DNA of 64,000 nt, taken from positions 1-64,000 of the IMG/VR virus record IMGVR_UViG_2868108522_000001; one strand, written 5' to 3'. Source of the DNA: a virus. Lineage: Duplodnaviria; Caudoviricetes. A program made the translations under genes and the position numbers. Below the pieces are notes generated by a model. That model did no database searches and was not told the DNA's origin. It saw only the letters and a list, made by a program, of their open reading frames with translations. Below, one piece after another: positions 37,731 to 47,439 of this stretch (position 1 is its first letter; each line of letters opens with the position of its first letter).

Positions 37731-37922
37731 TCAGCCAGCGACGGCAGGGCCCCGACCGTCCACGGCCGGGGCCTTCGCCGTGGGCACCGCGCGCGCCATC
37801 CACCGGCCGTCCGTCATATAGCGGGGCATCATCACCGGCTGGAACCCGGCATCGACCAGTTGGGCGAGGCCCTCGACGCACTCGTCCTCCGTCGCCGCCT
37901 GGACGCTCACCCGGATCGCCAT
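37731..37922 (-). CDS. Small hypothetical protein
   Basis: 63-aa ORF convergent with transfer operon. Confidence 0.5.
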   Translation of the reverse strand: MAIRVSVQAATEDECVEGLAQLVDAGFQPVMMPRYMTDGRWMARAVPTAKAPAVDGRGPAVAG

Positions 37923-38104
37923 GACAGCAGTCTGCCCCGCCCGGATGGTGGGCGGGGCAGGAACTGGGGAAGCCGACTACCGGCGTCGCCGCCACGCCCG
38001 CCACAGCCGGTACGCCCGGTAGGCGAGCAGCGGCACCAGCACCACGGCGACCGCGATGCCCACCCACGGCGGGAGGGAGCCGGAGTCGGGGAGGTAGATG
38101 GCGG

Positions 38105-38335
38105 TCACTGGGGTTCCTCGGTTGCTGCTGGGCTCTGCTCTTCGCGTGTGCGGGAGTCGCCGTTGATGCGGATGCAGATGGTGCGGGCGCGTTCGTGGTT
38201 GACGTCTGCCCAGCCGCCGATTTCGCGGAATGAGTGACCGTCGAGGCGTGCGGCTGCGATGTCGGCGTTGAGTGCGGCTTTGGCGCGCTCAACTGCTGCT
38301 GCCCGCTTGCCGAGCTGCTTCTCCCAATCGGTCAT
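38105..38335 (-). CDS. Small HTH repressor
   Basis: AARLDGHSFREIGGWADVNHERARTI. Confidence 0.7.
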   Translation of the reverse strand: MTDWEKQLGKRAAAVERAKAALNADIAAARLDGHSFREIGGWADVNHERARTICIRINGDSRTREEQSPAATEEPQ

Positions 38336-38358
38336 GGGGTGGATGGTCTCACGGCTGC

Positions 38359-38438
38359 TGTCTGTTTCCTAGACGACTTCTGTCTAAGTCGTAGACGGCG
38401 GCACCGCCCGCTGTCATGCTGGTGTCTAGAAAGTAGAC
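38359..38438. promoter_or_regulatory. Three operators TGTCT-N6-TAGAC
   Basis: Copies at 38359, 38381 and 38423 between divergent genes. Confidence 0.75.
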
Positions 38439-38456
38439 AGCCTGGAGGGGGTTGCC

Positions 38457-39876
38457 GTGATCACAAGGGTGCAGGTCGACATCCCGGTGCCGGATGCGGT
38501 GGCCCTGCTGGCCGGCCGTCATCTCCCACCCCGGGTGCGGGCGGCGGTGGCGGATGCTGCGGAGGCGGCCCGCCTGTATGCCGCCTGCCGCGGCCCGCAG
38601 TACACGGAAGCCCGGCAGCTCCTCGAAGCCCGGCTTCGGACCGCCAACAAGACGCTGGCCGCGCACAATCCTGGGCTCGCCGTGCGGTGGGCCGACATCC
38701 CAACCCTCATCACAAAGGAGACCCGATGACCCCCGACGAGAGGGAAGCCGTGAAGGCCCGCTTCCGTGCCAGGCTGCAGGCCCGGCGGCAGATGGCCTCC
38801 CGCGAGTACCTGCTGAACATGCTGTGCGCCACCAACACCCACGCGGACGCGGAAGCGATCCTTGACCGCTTCGAGCGGGAAAGCGAGACCAGCAAGCGCC
38901 TCAGCAGGGTGATGGACCTGTGCGACGAGATGGAACGCGACGGCATCACCTCGGGCGAGCCGTTCACCGTCCGCCGCGTCCACGCCATCGCCCTCGGCGA
39001 CGACCAGCAGGAGGAGCGATGAGCATTCCCGCCCAGCCGCGTTTCGTCGTGGAGAAGCACGGGCCCGGCGCCTACTACGTCTTCGACACGGCCACCGGGG
39101 TCAGCCGTCACCCGTCCTTCACCCGTCGGGCCGCCCAGAAGATCGCCGACCGGAAGAACGCCGAGCAGCCCGCCAAGGAGGGGCGATGACCCCCAAGAAC
39201 CGAGCCGCCTTCGTGGAACTGGAACCGACTGGCATGGGCCCTGACGAGCTATGGCAGCTCACCGGATTCGTCCGCTGCGACGACTGCGGCTACCTCATGC
39301 ACACCACGACCCTCGTCACTCTGCCCGACCACAGGTGCACCCAGCGGCAAGCCCGCCACCGAGACCAGGAGCGGCCGTCGTGACTGCCGTGACGGCTGCT
39401 GACTGGTGGGAGGAGTCCCCGGCGGAAGCGGCAGCCGCCGACCGCCGGTACTGGACCGACCATGCCGGGGGCGGGGACGCTGAGCCCGTGTTCGAGATCG
39501 GCGGCCAGCGGTACGAGGCGGGGGACCGGGTGCGGTTCCCGCGCGCCGCCACCCGCAAAGACCGAGCCCGCATCTACGAGATCACCGAAGCGGGCCCCGG
39601 CGGGATCACCGCCGAGGCCGACGGATGCACCTACCAGCTCAGCCGGGGCGACATCGCCGCCATCGGCATCACGCACGCAGACGAGACGTGAGGAGATCGG
39701 CCATGACCCGCGAGGAGTACGAGGAGAAGCGGCGCCGCCTGGAGGCAGACGCCGCCGACGCAAAGGCCGCATACAACAGGGCGCGAGCACTGTACGACGG
39801 CATCTGCGACGAGCTGCGCAACCTCCGCATCGACTGGCAGGAGCAGCAGAAGACCGACCGCGCCGCCGAGAAGTGA
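38457..39876 (+). other. Operon of six small hypothetical genes (38457, 38726, 39019, 39186, 39380, 39703)
   Basis: Coupled start/stop overlaps and RBSs; ends at hairpin. Confidence 0.55.
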
Positions 39877-39886
39877 CCGCCCCACC

Positions 39887-39917
39887 GAGGGCCCGCACCA
39901 GACCGGTGCGGGCCCTC
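39887..39917. terminator. Hairpin terminator
   Basis: GAGGGCCCGCACC-AGACC-GGTGCGGGCCCTC. Confidence 0.7.
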
Positions 39918-40013
39918 ACGCATGCAGTGATCCATCACGCTTTGGCTACACCGTGGTCACACTGTCTTCACTAGGAGGATGATGCCCATCCCACACGCCA
40001 ACAGGGGGGCACC

Positions 40014-40514
40014 ATGCTGTTCAATCGAGACCCCGAGAAGGCCGAAGAGAAGGCTGCGCGCAAAGCCGAGAAGAAGCAGCAGCGAGACGAAGCGGCAGCG
40101 CAGCGGGCCAGCGAAAAGGAAGCCCTCAAAGAGTGGCGCCGCGTCCACCCGGCCGAGCAGACCATGAACACCGCGGCCATGCTGAAGATGTGGCCTTCTT
40201 CCAAGATGGGTGTCACCCAGCTTGGGCCGATCAAAGGCGGGTCCGCCGAGTTCATCAACGCCGGAGCCCACAGAGCCTGGACGGCTACCCGGCTCATCGC
40301 AGGCGTCGCCACCGCAGGCGTGACCGCCGCGGCGACTGGTCGGAAGAACAAGGGCGCCGCGGTCATCAACGTGACCTTCGGCAATGGGGCCGCCCAGACG
40401 TACACGGTCAAGCCTGAGCCGGCGTACCTGAAAGCGGCCAACCAGTACGTCACGGCGTTCAATGCCCTGGCCGCGCAGCTCGCCGAGGAAGACGACGAGG
40501 AGCCGCAGGGCTGA
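40014..40514 (+). CDS. Moron-like hypothetical protein
   Basis: 166-aa ORF bracketed by hairpins. Confidence 0.6.
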   Translation: MLFNRDPEKAEEKAARKAEKKQQRDEAAAQRASEKEALKEWRRVHPAEQTMNTAAMLKMWPSSKMGVTQLGPIKGGSAEFINAGAHRAWTATRLIAGVATAGVTAAATGRKNKGAAVINVTFGNGAAQTYTVKPEPAYLKAANQYVTAFNALAAQLAEEDDEEPQG

Positions 40515-40529
40515 GCACCGCAAACGCCC

Positions 40530-40561
40530 AGGCCCGGCTGCCCCGCAAGGCAGCCGGGCCT
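40530..40561. terminator. Hairpin terminator
   Basis: AGGCCCGGCTGCC-CCGCAA-GGCAGCCGGGCCT. Confidence 0.7.
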
Positions 40562-40663
40562 ACGCATGCTCGCGTCGACTGTGCCATTGGCGTCGAGTGT
40601 CAACCCCGTAGTGCACCATTGGCTCAAGCGTCACCCTGCTTCCCGCGCCATGAGGAGCCTGCC

Positions 40664-41386
40664 GTGCACGACAACCCCACCACCGACCTCGACGGTTACG
40701 ACTGGCCCGTCTGTGCCGCCCCGAACTGTGGGCGTCAGCTTTGGGCCAACGAGACCGGCCGCTGGGCCTGCCGCCCCTGTGAGGACGCGACGAGTCAGCG
40801 GATAGCCGATCTGCCCGCCCTGTTCCGCCAGCTCGACACCACGGCGATGCTGATGCGGGGCGCGCGCCGGCCCGGCGGATCCGGTGGCACCGGCAGCAAG
40901 ACGCCGCCGATCCCGCCCCGGCTGGAAGTCCTTGCCCTGGTTGGGCCCGGCGGTGTCGCCGCGCGGTTGTCGGCGATTGAGGATGCGTGGCGGGCCGCGC
41001 TCGGCTGGACCGTCGCCCCGTGGCGCGGCAGCCCCGCGCAGGCAGTGCCGCACCTGATCGGCTTCCTGGCCAACAACCTCCTGTGGGCGTGCTCCAGCTA
41101 CGAGGAGGTCGGGCAGGACATCGACGACCTGCGCCGTCTGCACGCGGAGTGCAAGGCGATCGTTGACGGTGACCGGCGTCCCGGCCGGGTCAAGATCGGC
41201 CTGTGCCCGGTGCGCGTCGACGACCAGCCGTGCGGGACGCCGTTGACTGCGACCGCCGCCAGCCACCGCGTCCGCTGCCCCAGCTGCGGGACACGGTGGG
41301 AGACGCTGGGGGAATGGCGGGAACTCCGCGCCGCACAAGACGCCGTGACCGAACAGCAGGAGCAGCAGGAAGAGGTGGCCGCATGA
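40664..41386 (+). CDS. Zn-finger phage protein, candidate late regulator
   Basis: N-terminal C..C/CRPC and C-terminal CP..CG..CPSCG; just before the late region. Confidence 0.6.
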   Translation: MHDNPTTDLDGYDWPVCAAPNCGRQLWANETGRWACRPCEDATSQRIADLPALFRQLDTTAMLMRGARRPGGSGGTGSKTPPIPPRLEVLALVGPGGVAARLSAIEDAWRAALGWTVAPWRGSPAQAVPHLIGFLANNLLWACSSYEEVGQDIDDLRRLHAECKAIVDGDRRPGRVKIGLCPVRVDDQPCGTPLTATAASHRVRCPSCGTRWETLGEWRELRAAQDAVTEQQEQQEEVAA

Positions 41387-41700
41387 CGCCCAGACGTGTT
41401 TCGCGCCGCCCATACGGTTGCCCGCCTACCTTCCCGATGGGTGTCGAGAAGACCCGTAATCTCGAACTCGCGCAGGCGCAAGGCAGGCCCCTCGTAAGCA
41501 CCTGCCCCCTGCACTCCTACCCAGCGCCAGACGATGCTGTGTGGGAGTTCGACGAAGTCCAAAGCGTATGGGTCGTCTCCTTCTACCCCTGCGAGCATCG
41601 TGGCTACCCGCAGTGGCCTGCTGCCAGCCATCTACTCGGCGAACCGGTAGCCCACGCCCCAAGGCGGCCCTGGTGGCGGCGGCTCATGGGCGCCAAGTGA
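41383..41700 (+). CDS. Hypothetical protein
   Basis: ATGA overlap. Confidence 0.45.
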   Translation: MTPRRVSRRPYGCPPTFPMGVEKTRNLELAQAQGRPLVSTCPLHSYPAPDDAVWEFDEVQSVWVVSFYPCEHRGYPQWPAASHLLGEPVAHAPRRPWWRRLMGAK

Positions 41701-41930
41701 CTGCTCCGCTTCCGCACGCGGCGGACAGTCTGCCGATCGTGACCGCGAACGACGGGCAGCCGTACCTGCCGTGCGAAGCCGTCCTCGTCCTCCTGCGGGC
41801 CATCGCCGATTCCTGCCGGAACCTCGCCGACGACCCCGACTGCGACCTTCACACCGCCGGGACCGCCATCGACATCGAAGCCGACACCCTCGAATTCCGC
41901 GCCATCGCAGCCACCCAGGAGACGTCGTGA
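41697..41930 (+). CDS. Hypothetical protein
   Basis: GTGA overlap. Confidence 0.55.
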   Translation: MTAPLPHAADSLPIVTANDGQPYLPCEAVLVLLRAIADSCRNLADDPDCDLHTAGTAIDIEADTLEFRAIAATQETS

Positions 41931-42319
41931 GCGACATCGCCGACTTCCTCCGCGCCCGGTACGCCGAACAGCGGGCGCTCGCCCTCGCGGCCAGCCCCGG
42001 ACCATGGCAGGCCAACGACGAACACGACGAGGTGATCGCCGTCGACGGCATCACCGTCGCCGAAGGGTTCGCACTCAGCGGGCGGCAACTGCGAGCCACC
42101 GTCGACCACATCGCCGCCCACAACCCGACCGCCGTCATCGCCGACCTCGACGCCAAGCTCGCCATCGTCGACCTCATGGACCGGACACTCGTCGCGGCCG
42201 AAGGGGACACCGAAGTCGACCACTACGCCGGACTCAGTGCAGCAGAAGAGACCCTGTGCCGCCTCGCCCAACCGTTCGTCGAGCACCCCGACCACAAGGG
42301 CGAGGAATGGGCGCCGTGA
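41927..42319 (+). CDS. DUF6221-like protein
   Basis: IADFLRAR..HIAAHNP..VIADLDAK..LAQPF.EHPD. Confidence 0.65.
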   Translation: MSDIADFLRARYAEQRALALAASPGPWQANDEHDEVIAVDGITVAEGFALSGRQLRATVDHIAAHNPTAVIADLDAKLAIVDLMDRTLVAAEGDTEVDHYAGLSAAEETLCRLAQPFVEHPDHKGEEWAP

Positions 42320-42486
42320 GCGCCGTGAAGCAAGTAGAACCGTAGACGGAAACTACGAGTACTTGACTGAAAGTGCGAGTATCTGTAATCGTGATCCTTG
42401 ATCGTGGAACACGAGTCACCACACGCTTCTGGAGCCCCCGCCGTGAACACCCCGGCGGGGGCCTTCTCGTATCCGGGGGAGGTGCT

Positions 42487-42768
42487 GTGGTCGCCTACCC
42501 CAACCCGCCACTGGACGAGATCCACTTTGCGCAGGTCGACGGCAACGACGACATCGGTGACCTCTGGGAGGCCGCCAAGGTCGCCGAGGTGAAGCCCGGC
42601 ACCATCCGCGTCTGGGTCACCCGAGGAAAGATCGAACCCATCCTCGATGGCGAAGCAGGCCAGTACTTCCACCTCCCCACCATCCGGGCAGCAGCAGAAG
42701 GCGGAGCCAAACACCGGCCTGCCGACCCCGCCGCCAACAGTCGCGGCCCCCACGCCCACGCCGCCTGA
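42487..42768 (+). CDS. MerR-like HTH DNA-binding protein
   Basis: EAAKVAEVKPGTIRVWVTRGKI; GGAGG RBS. Confidence 0.7.
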   Translation: MVAYPNPPLDEIHFAQVDGNDDIGDLWEAAKVAEVKPGTIRVWVTRGKIEPILDGEAGQYFHLPTIRAAAEGGAKHRPADPAANSRGPHAHAA

Positions 42769-43051
42769 TCTCCCTGCGTGACGGCTCCCGCAGGGTCGGG
42801 CCTTGCAGCGCCCCCAGCGCTCGGCCCCCATGTCCGCCCGGCCTCTGTGGGGTGGCCGGGCGGACAACAACCCGCAGACGGGCGGCACGGTCACCGCCCC
42901 ACGTCCCGCCGCCCGACACCCCCGTCCAGGCGGCGGGACACCCCAACCCTCTGGAGGCTGCCGTGCCCGACGAATACCTGATCCGGCTCGAAGCCTCCGG
43001 CGAAGTCACCCCCGCACCCGACACGGAACCGTCTGAGACCGAGGAGGAGCA

Positions 43052-43450
43052 GTGACCGCAGGACTCGCCCCCAGCCTCGTCTCCGGCTGGCTCAACACCC
43101 TTCGCAGCGCAGGCACCGCCTACCCGGCAGTCGCCGGAACGTTCGCCCAACTCCACACCGGGGACCCCGGCGCCGCAGGCACCGCCAGCATCAGCGCCGG
43201 CTCCACCACCCGGAACAGCTTCACGTTCGCCGCCTCAGCCTCCGGGTCCGCTCTCGCCCTCAGTGGCGCGCCCGCCGCCTGGACCAACGGCGGCACCAGC
43301 GAAACCCTCACCCACATCTCCGTGTGGACCGCGGCCACCGGCGGCACCTTCCTGTTCTCCGTCGCCCTCACCGCATCCAAAGCCTGGGCGGCAGCCGACC
43401 AGTTCACGCTCACCAGTCTGGGCGCGAGCCTCAGCCCGCAGTCCTCCTGA
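43052..43450 (+). CDS. Virion fibre-like small subunit A1
   Basis: QLHTGDPG..GT, THISVWTAATGGTFL; Gly/Ala/Thr/Ser rich. Confidence 0.7.
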   Translation: MTAGLAPSLVSGWLNTLRSAGTAYPAVAGTFAQLHTGDPGAAGTASISAGSTTRNSFTFAASASGSALALSGAPAAWTNGGTSETLTHISVWTAATGGTFLFSVALTASKAWAAADQFTLTSLGASLSPQSS

Positions 43451-43469
43451 CCGCCTGGAGGCGTCGGCT

Positions 43470-44882
43470 GTGACGACGTACCTCGCCCAGGCCAACACCG
43501 GCGCCGACGCCCTCGCCACAGTCCGCACCGTCACCAAACCCGCCGGAGTCACCGCGGGTGCGGTCGGCGTGTTCTGGCTCGTCCGCTGGCACGAGTCCGG
43601 CAGCTTCCCTGCCGTTACCCCGCCAGCCGGAGCTGTTCTCCGCGGCACGATCACGACGGCCAGCATGCAAACCCAGTGCTACCTGCACCGGATCGCAGCC
43701 GAAACATCGTTCGCGTACTCGTGGACCAGTGGCCGTTGGTCCACCCTCGCCGCCGTCTGGTTCTCCGGCGTAGACCCCACCGCCGATCTCGCCACCGTGC
43801 CCTTCCAGTCGGCGACTGGCAGTGGCACCGCCATCGGCACCCTCACCGTCACATCCAACGTGGACAGCGCGCTGGCCTGGCACGTCAACACCATCGACAC
43901 CTCCGGCGTCACCCACCAGCCGCCCACCGGATTCACCGAAGTCGCCGACGTTTCGCCGTGGGCATCCGCCTACCGCATCACCGTCGCCAGCGGCAGCCAA
44001 GACGCCTCCGGCGCCACCGCCAGCCCCACCACCGCCTGGGCCGCCGGACTCGTCGCCCTCCCACCCGCCAGCACCGGCGGCGTGACCGGCGACGCCACGC
44101 TCGCTGGCACCGCCGGACTCTCCGCGGCAGGCATGCGCGGAAGAACGGGCGGGGCAGGGCTCGCAAGCTCCGCCAATCTCGCGGCTGGCGGCGTGCGACG
44201 GACCAGCAGCACAGCTGCCGCGGCTGCGACCGCTGGGCTGACAGCAGCCGGCATGCGAGGCCTCTCCCAGACGGCCGAACTCGCCGCGACCGCCAGCCTG
44301 GACGCCGACGGGCACGCCACCGTCTCCGGCGACGCAAGCCTCGAAGCCGCAGCCGAACTAGCGGGCGCAGGGAAGCGGACCACCGCGGCCGGAGCAGGCG
44401 CCACCGCTGCCGTCGACCTTGTGTCCAGCGGCCTGGTCGGCCACCCCGGACAAGGCCAGCTCGCGGCAACCGCCGACCTCAAGGCCGCAGGACTACGCGC
44501 CACCACAACCGCGGCAGGACTCGCCAGCAGCGCGGCACTCACGGCCGACGGACTGGTCGGCTCGCCGCCCGTCACCGGCGCCGCAGCACTCTCCGCAGCC
44601 GGCGTCATCGCCGCGGCAGGCCGGCGCACGACCACGGGCCTGGCCGTCCTGCAAGCCACGGTGACGCTCACCGCGGCCGGAGCGGCAGCAGGTGCCAGCA
44701 GCGCCGGCCTCGCAGCCGCCGCGGTCCTGTCGGCGTCCGGTACGACGTCGGGTAGCAGTGACGACATCGAGGTCATCGTCGGCGCCCCCTACAGTCCGTG
44801 GGCCGCCGGGCCGCCGCAAGCCTCCCTGTGGGCGTCCCGGCCGCCGCAGTCGAGCAGTTGGGAGGTGGGTGCCCCGTGGTGA
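43470..44882 (+). CDS. Virion fibre-like protein B1 with ~11 20-aa repeats
   Basis: Beta-rich N-domain then A.LAA.A.L.A.G repeats. Confidence 0.65.
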   Translation: MTTYLAQANTGADALATVRTVTKPAGVTAGAVGVFWLVRWHESGSFPAVTPPAGAVLRGTITTASMQTQCYLHRIAAETSFAYSWTSGRWSTLAAVWFSGVDPTADLATVPFQSATGSGTAIGTLTVTSNVDSALAWHVNTIDTSGVTHQPPTGFTEVADVSPWASAYRITVASGSQDASGATASPTTAWAAGLVALPPASTGGVTGDATLAGTAGLSAAGMRGRTGGAGLASSANLAAGGVRRTSSTAAAAATAGLTAAGMRGLSQTAELAATASLDADGHATVSGDASLEAAAELAGAGKRTTAAGAGATAAVDLVSSGLVGHPGQGQLAATADLKAAGLRATTTAAGLASSAALTADGLVGSPPVTGAAALSAAGVIAAAGRRTTTGLAVLQATVTLTAAGAAAGASSAGLAAAAVLSASGTTSGSSDDIEVIVGAPYSPWAAGPPQASLWASRPPQSSSWEVGAPW

Positions 44883-45166
44883 TCCCCGCCTCGTCGACTG
44901 AGTACGTGCACGTCCCCGTCACCGCACCGGCGGGCACGGACCTCTCCGGGTCGCCGGTGAAGATCGCCGTGGTGGCGCACGGCGACAACCCGAGCGCCGA
45001 CGAATGGATGACCGCGGAGTGGGCGGACGGGGTGGCCCGGCTCCTCGTCGGTCCCGACGGTGGTGCGGTCACCCTCACACGCAGCACCTACCGGGTGTGG
45101 ATCACCTTCGATCCGCCCGGCGCCGAAAACCTCGTCCGGCTCGCAGGCTCCCTCACCATCAGCTGA
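44876..45166 (+). CDS. Small virion adaptor-like protein C1
   Basis: ASSTEYV..ARLLVGPDGG..YRVW. Confidence 0.65.
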   Translation: MVIPASSTEYVHVPVTAPAGTDLSGSPVKIAVVAHGDNPSADEWMTAEWADGVARLLVGPDGGAVTLTRSTYRVWITFDPPGAENLVRLAGSLTIS

Positions 45167-45193
45167 CCTTCCAGCCCGAGGAGGGCAGTCGCC

Positions 45194-45577
45194 ATCGCAG
45201 ACAACTTGAGCAACACGGCCGAGAACCGCACCGTCGACTGGCTCTTCGGCTCCTCCACGACCGCCCCGACGCTGCCGCTGAAGATGGCCCTCGTCACCGC
45301 GGCAGGCAGTGATGCCGCCGCGGGCACCGAGGTCACCGGCGGCTCCTACGCCCGCAAGAACATCTCCGTCGCCGCCGCAGTCAACGGAGCCGTCTCCAAC
45401 TCTGCAGACCTCGTCTTCACCGGCATGCCCGCCTGCACTGTGGTCGGCTGGGAGATCTGGGACTCGGCCGGCACGCCGGTCCGCTGGTGCTATGGCCCGT
45501 TCGACGCGTCCAAGACCGTTGCCGCGGGGGACGAGTTCAAGGTCGCCGCAGGCGCGTGGACGTTCTCTGCGTCGTGA
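45194..45577 (+). CDS. Virion fibre-like small subunit A2 (ATC 45194 or TTG 45206 start)
   Basis: SNTAENR, GTEVTGGSYAR, SNSADLVF, IWDSAG. Confidence 0.7.
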   Translation: MADNLSNTAENRTVDWLFGSSTTAPTLPLKMALVTAAGSDAAAGTEVTGGSYARKNISVAAAVNGAVSNSADLVFTGMPACTVVGWEIWDSAGTPVRWCYGPFDASKTVAAGDEFKVAAGAWTFSAS

Positions 45578-45587
45578 GGAGGCCCTG

Positions 45588-46424
45588 ATGCCGCTCCTCA
45601 CCACCCTCCAGGACAATTTCAACGATGGCGTGATCGGCCCGAACTGGGGCGATTCCTACGGTGGTGTCACCGAGACCGGCGGTCAGGCTCGTGTGCCGCT
45701 GGTCGCTGGGGCCTACGCCGGCTACCAGACTGGTCGGGCGTGGACGCTGGCGGGGGCGTCGATCTATCTGAAGACGCCGGTGCTGCCTGCGGCCTCGACG
45801 GGGACGGATGTCGGCGTCCACTTCATGATCACGTCTGCGGTGGATGGCACCGGCATCGGCTTCAAAATCAACCGGGTCACCAGCAAGCTGCGCATGCAGT
45901 CGAACACGGACTACTTCGACGCTGGCGCCGTCGAGATCACCTACGACGCCACGAACCACCTGTGGCTGCGGCTGCGTGAAGACGGCACCAACGTGTACTG
46001 GGACACCAGCCCCAACGGGACGACGTGGACCAACCGGCGCACCCTCGCCACCCCGGCCTGGATCACCGCCGCAGTCGACACCTGCGCGGTGGATCTGTTC
46101 TGCTACCGCGACGCCGGGACCACAGACTTCGCTGCTTACGACAACGTCAATACGCTGTCGGACGGCGCGGTTGTCACCGGTACCGGCTCCGGCACCATGA
46201 CCACCGCAGCGACTGGAACGGCGAAGCGCACCGCCACCGGAACCGGGGCAGGCATCGTCGACACCATGGCAGCCGTCACCGCGCAGGCCGTCTACCACGC
46301 CAGCGGGGCGGGCAGTGTCGACACCGACGCCACCGCCACCGCAGGCGGCACCGACCGCAACGACATCGACACCACCATCGGGCGCCCGCACAGCGGATGG
46401 GTGGTGAGCCGGCCGTGGAGGTAG
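45588..46424 (+). CDS. Virion fibre-like protein B2 with lectin-like N-domain and ~3 repeats
   Basis: DNFNDG..WLRLREDG..YWDTSPNG.TWT. Confidence 0.65.
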   Translation: MPLLTTLQDNFNDGVIGPNWGDSYGGVTETGGQARVPLVAGAYAGYQTGRAWTLAGASIYLKTPVLPAASTGTDVGVHFMITSAVDGTGIGFKINRVTSKLRMQSNTDYFDAGAVEITYDATNHLWLRLREDGTNVYWDTSPNGTTWTNRRTLATPAWITAAVDTCAVDLFCYRDAGTTDFAAYDNVNTLSDGAVVTGTGSGTMTTAATGTAKRTATGTGAGIVDTMAAVTAQAVYHASGAGSVDTDATATAGGTDRNDIDTTIGRPHSGWVVSRPWR

Positions 46425-46714
46425 CCGCGTCGAGCACCGAGTATGTGCGGGTCACCGCCACCAGCAAGGCGGGCGGCACCCCGATCAGCCCGGCCGCTCC
46501 GCCGCAGTTCGCGTTCCAGCCCAGCTCGGTCACCGGCAACCCCGTGGAGGGGGACTGGTTGGCGGGGGAGTGGGCCAGCCCGCACGCCCGCATCCTCATC
46601 GGCCCTAACGGCGGCGCCGTGACCCTGGAGCCCGGCGAGTACCGGGTGTGGCTCACCTGGGCTGCCGGAGCCGAAACCCCGGTCTACCGGGCCGGAACGA
46701 TCACCGTCTACTAG
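46415..46714 (+). CDS. Small virion adaptor-like protein C2, paralog of C1
   Basis: ASSTEYV..ARILIGPNGG..YRVW. Confidence 0.7.
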   Translation: MEVAASSTEYVRVTATSKAGGTPISPAAPPQFAFQPSSVTGNPVEGDWLAGEWASPHARILIGPNGGAVTLEPGEYRVWLTWAAGAETPVYRAGTITVY

Positions 46715-46728
46715 GAAGTGCCCGCGCC

Positions 46729-47439
46729 ATGGCCGACGACCTGCTCGTCATCATCCCCACCCGAGGCCGACCGCAAGCCGTCATGCCGATCGTCAGGGCG
46801 TGGCACGAGACCGGCGCGACGGCCGATCTGCTGTTCGCGGTCGACACTGACGACCCCGAGCTGTCCGCATACAAGCGCGAGGCGGCGAAGTTCAAGTCGG
46901 GCGGGCAGATCCGGTTCACGTTCGGCAAGCGGCGGCGGCTGGTCGGCACCCTCAACCAGCAGGCCGTGAAGGCGGCCAAGGACTACCGGTTCCTGGCGTT
47001 CATGGGTGACGATCACCGTCCCCGCCCCGCCGCGATGCCGTGGGATGCCCGCATCCGCGAGTGCCTGTCGGGCGGGCCCGGCATCGTCTACGGCAACGAC
47101 CTGCTGCAAGGCGAGAAGATGGCCACTGCCGTCGCCATGACCGCCGACATCGTCCGAACGCTGAACTACATGGCGCCGCCCAGCATGGTGCACCTGTGCG
47201 TCGACCTGGTGTGGGTCGACTGGGGGCGCGGCATGGGGCGGATCACCTACCTCGACGACATGGTGATCGAGCACCTGCACCCGGCCGCGTCGAAGGCCGA
47301 ACTCGATGCCGTGTACGAGGAGTGCAACAGCGAGCAGCAGGTGTCCGCCGACACGGCCGCCTACTACGAGTACCGCGACGGCGGCGGCCTCGAAGCCGAC
47401 CTTGCCAAGCTGCGGAAGCTCATCGAGGAGGCGGCGTGA
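46729..47439 (+). CDS. GT-A fold (GT2-like) glycosyltransferase
   Basis: LLVIIPTRGRP, FAVDTDD, AFMGDD, IEHLH. Confidence 0.75.
   Translation: MADDLLVIIPTRGRPQAVMPIVRAWHETGATADLLFAVDTDDPELSAYKREAAKFKSGGQIRFTFGKRRRLVGTLNQQAVKAAKDYRFLAFMGDDHRPRPAAMPWDARIRECLSGGPGIVYGNDLLQGEKMATAVAMTADIVRTLNYMAPPSMVHLCVDLVWVDWGRGMGRITYLDDMVIEHLHPAASKAELDAVYEECNSEQQVSADTAAYYEYRDGGGLEADLAKLRKLIEEAA

Noticed and set aside
43052-46714. Diversity-generating retroelement or invertible tail cassette
   Set aside because: No reverse transcriptase or invertase; paralogs are diverged and in the same orientation
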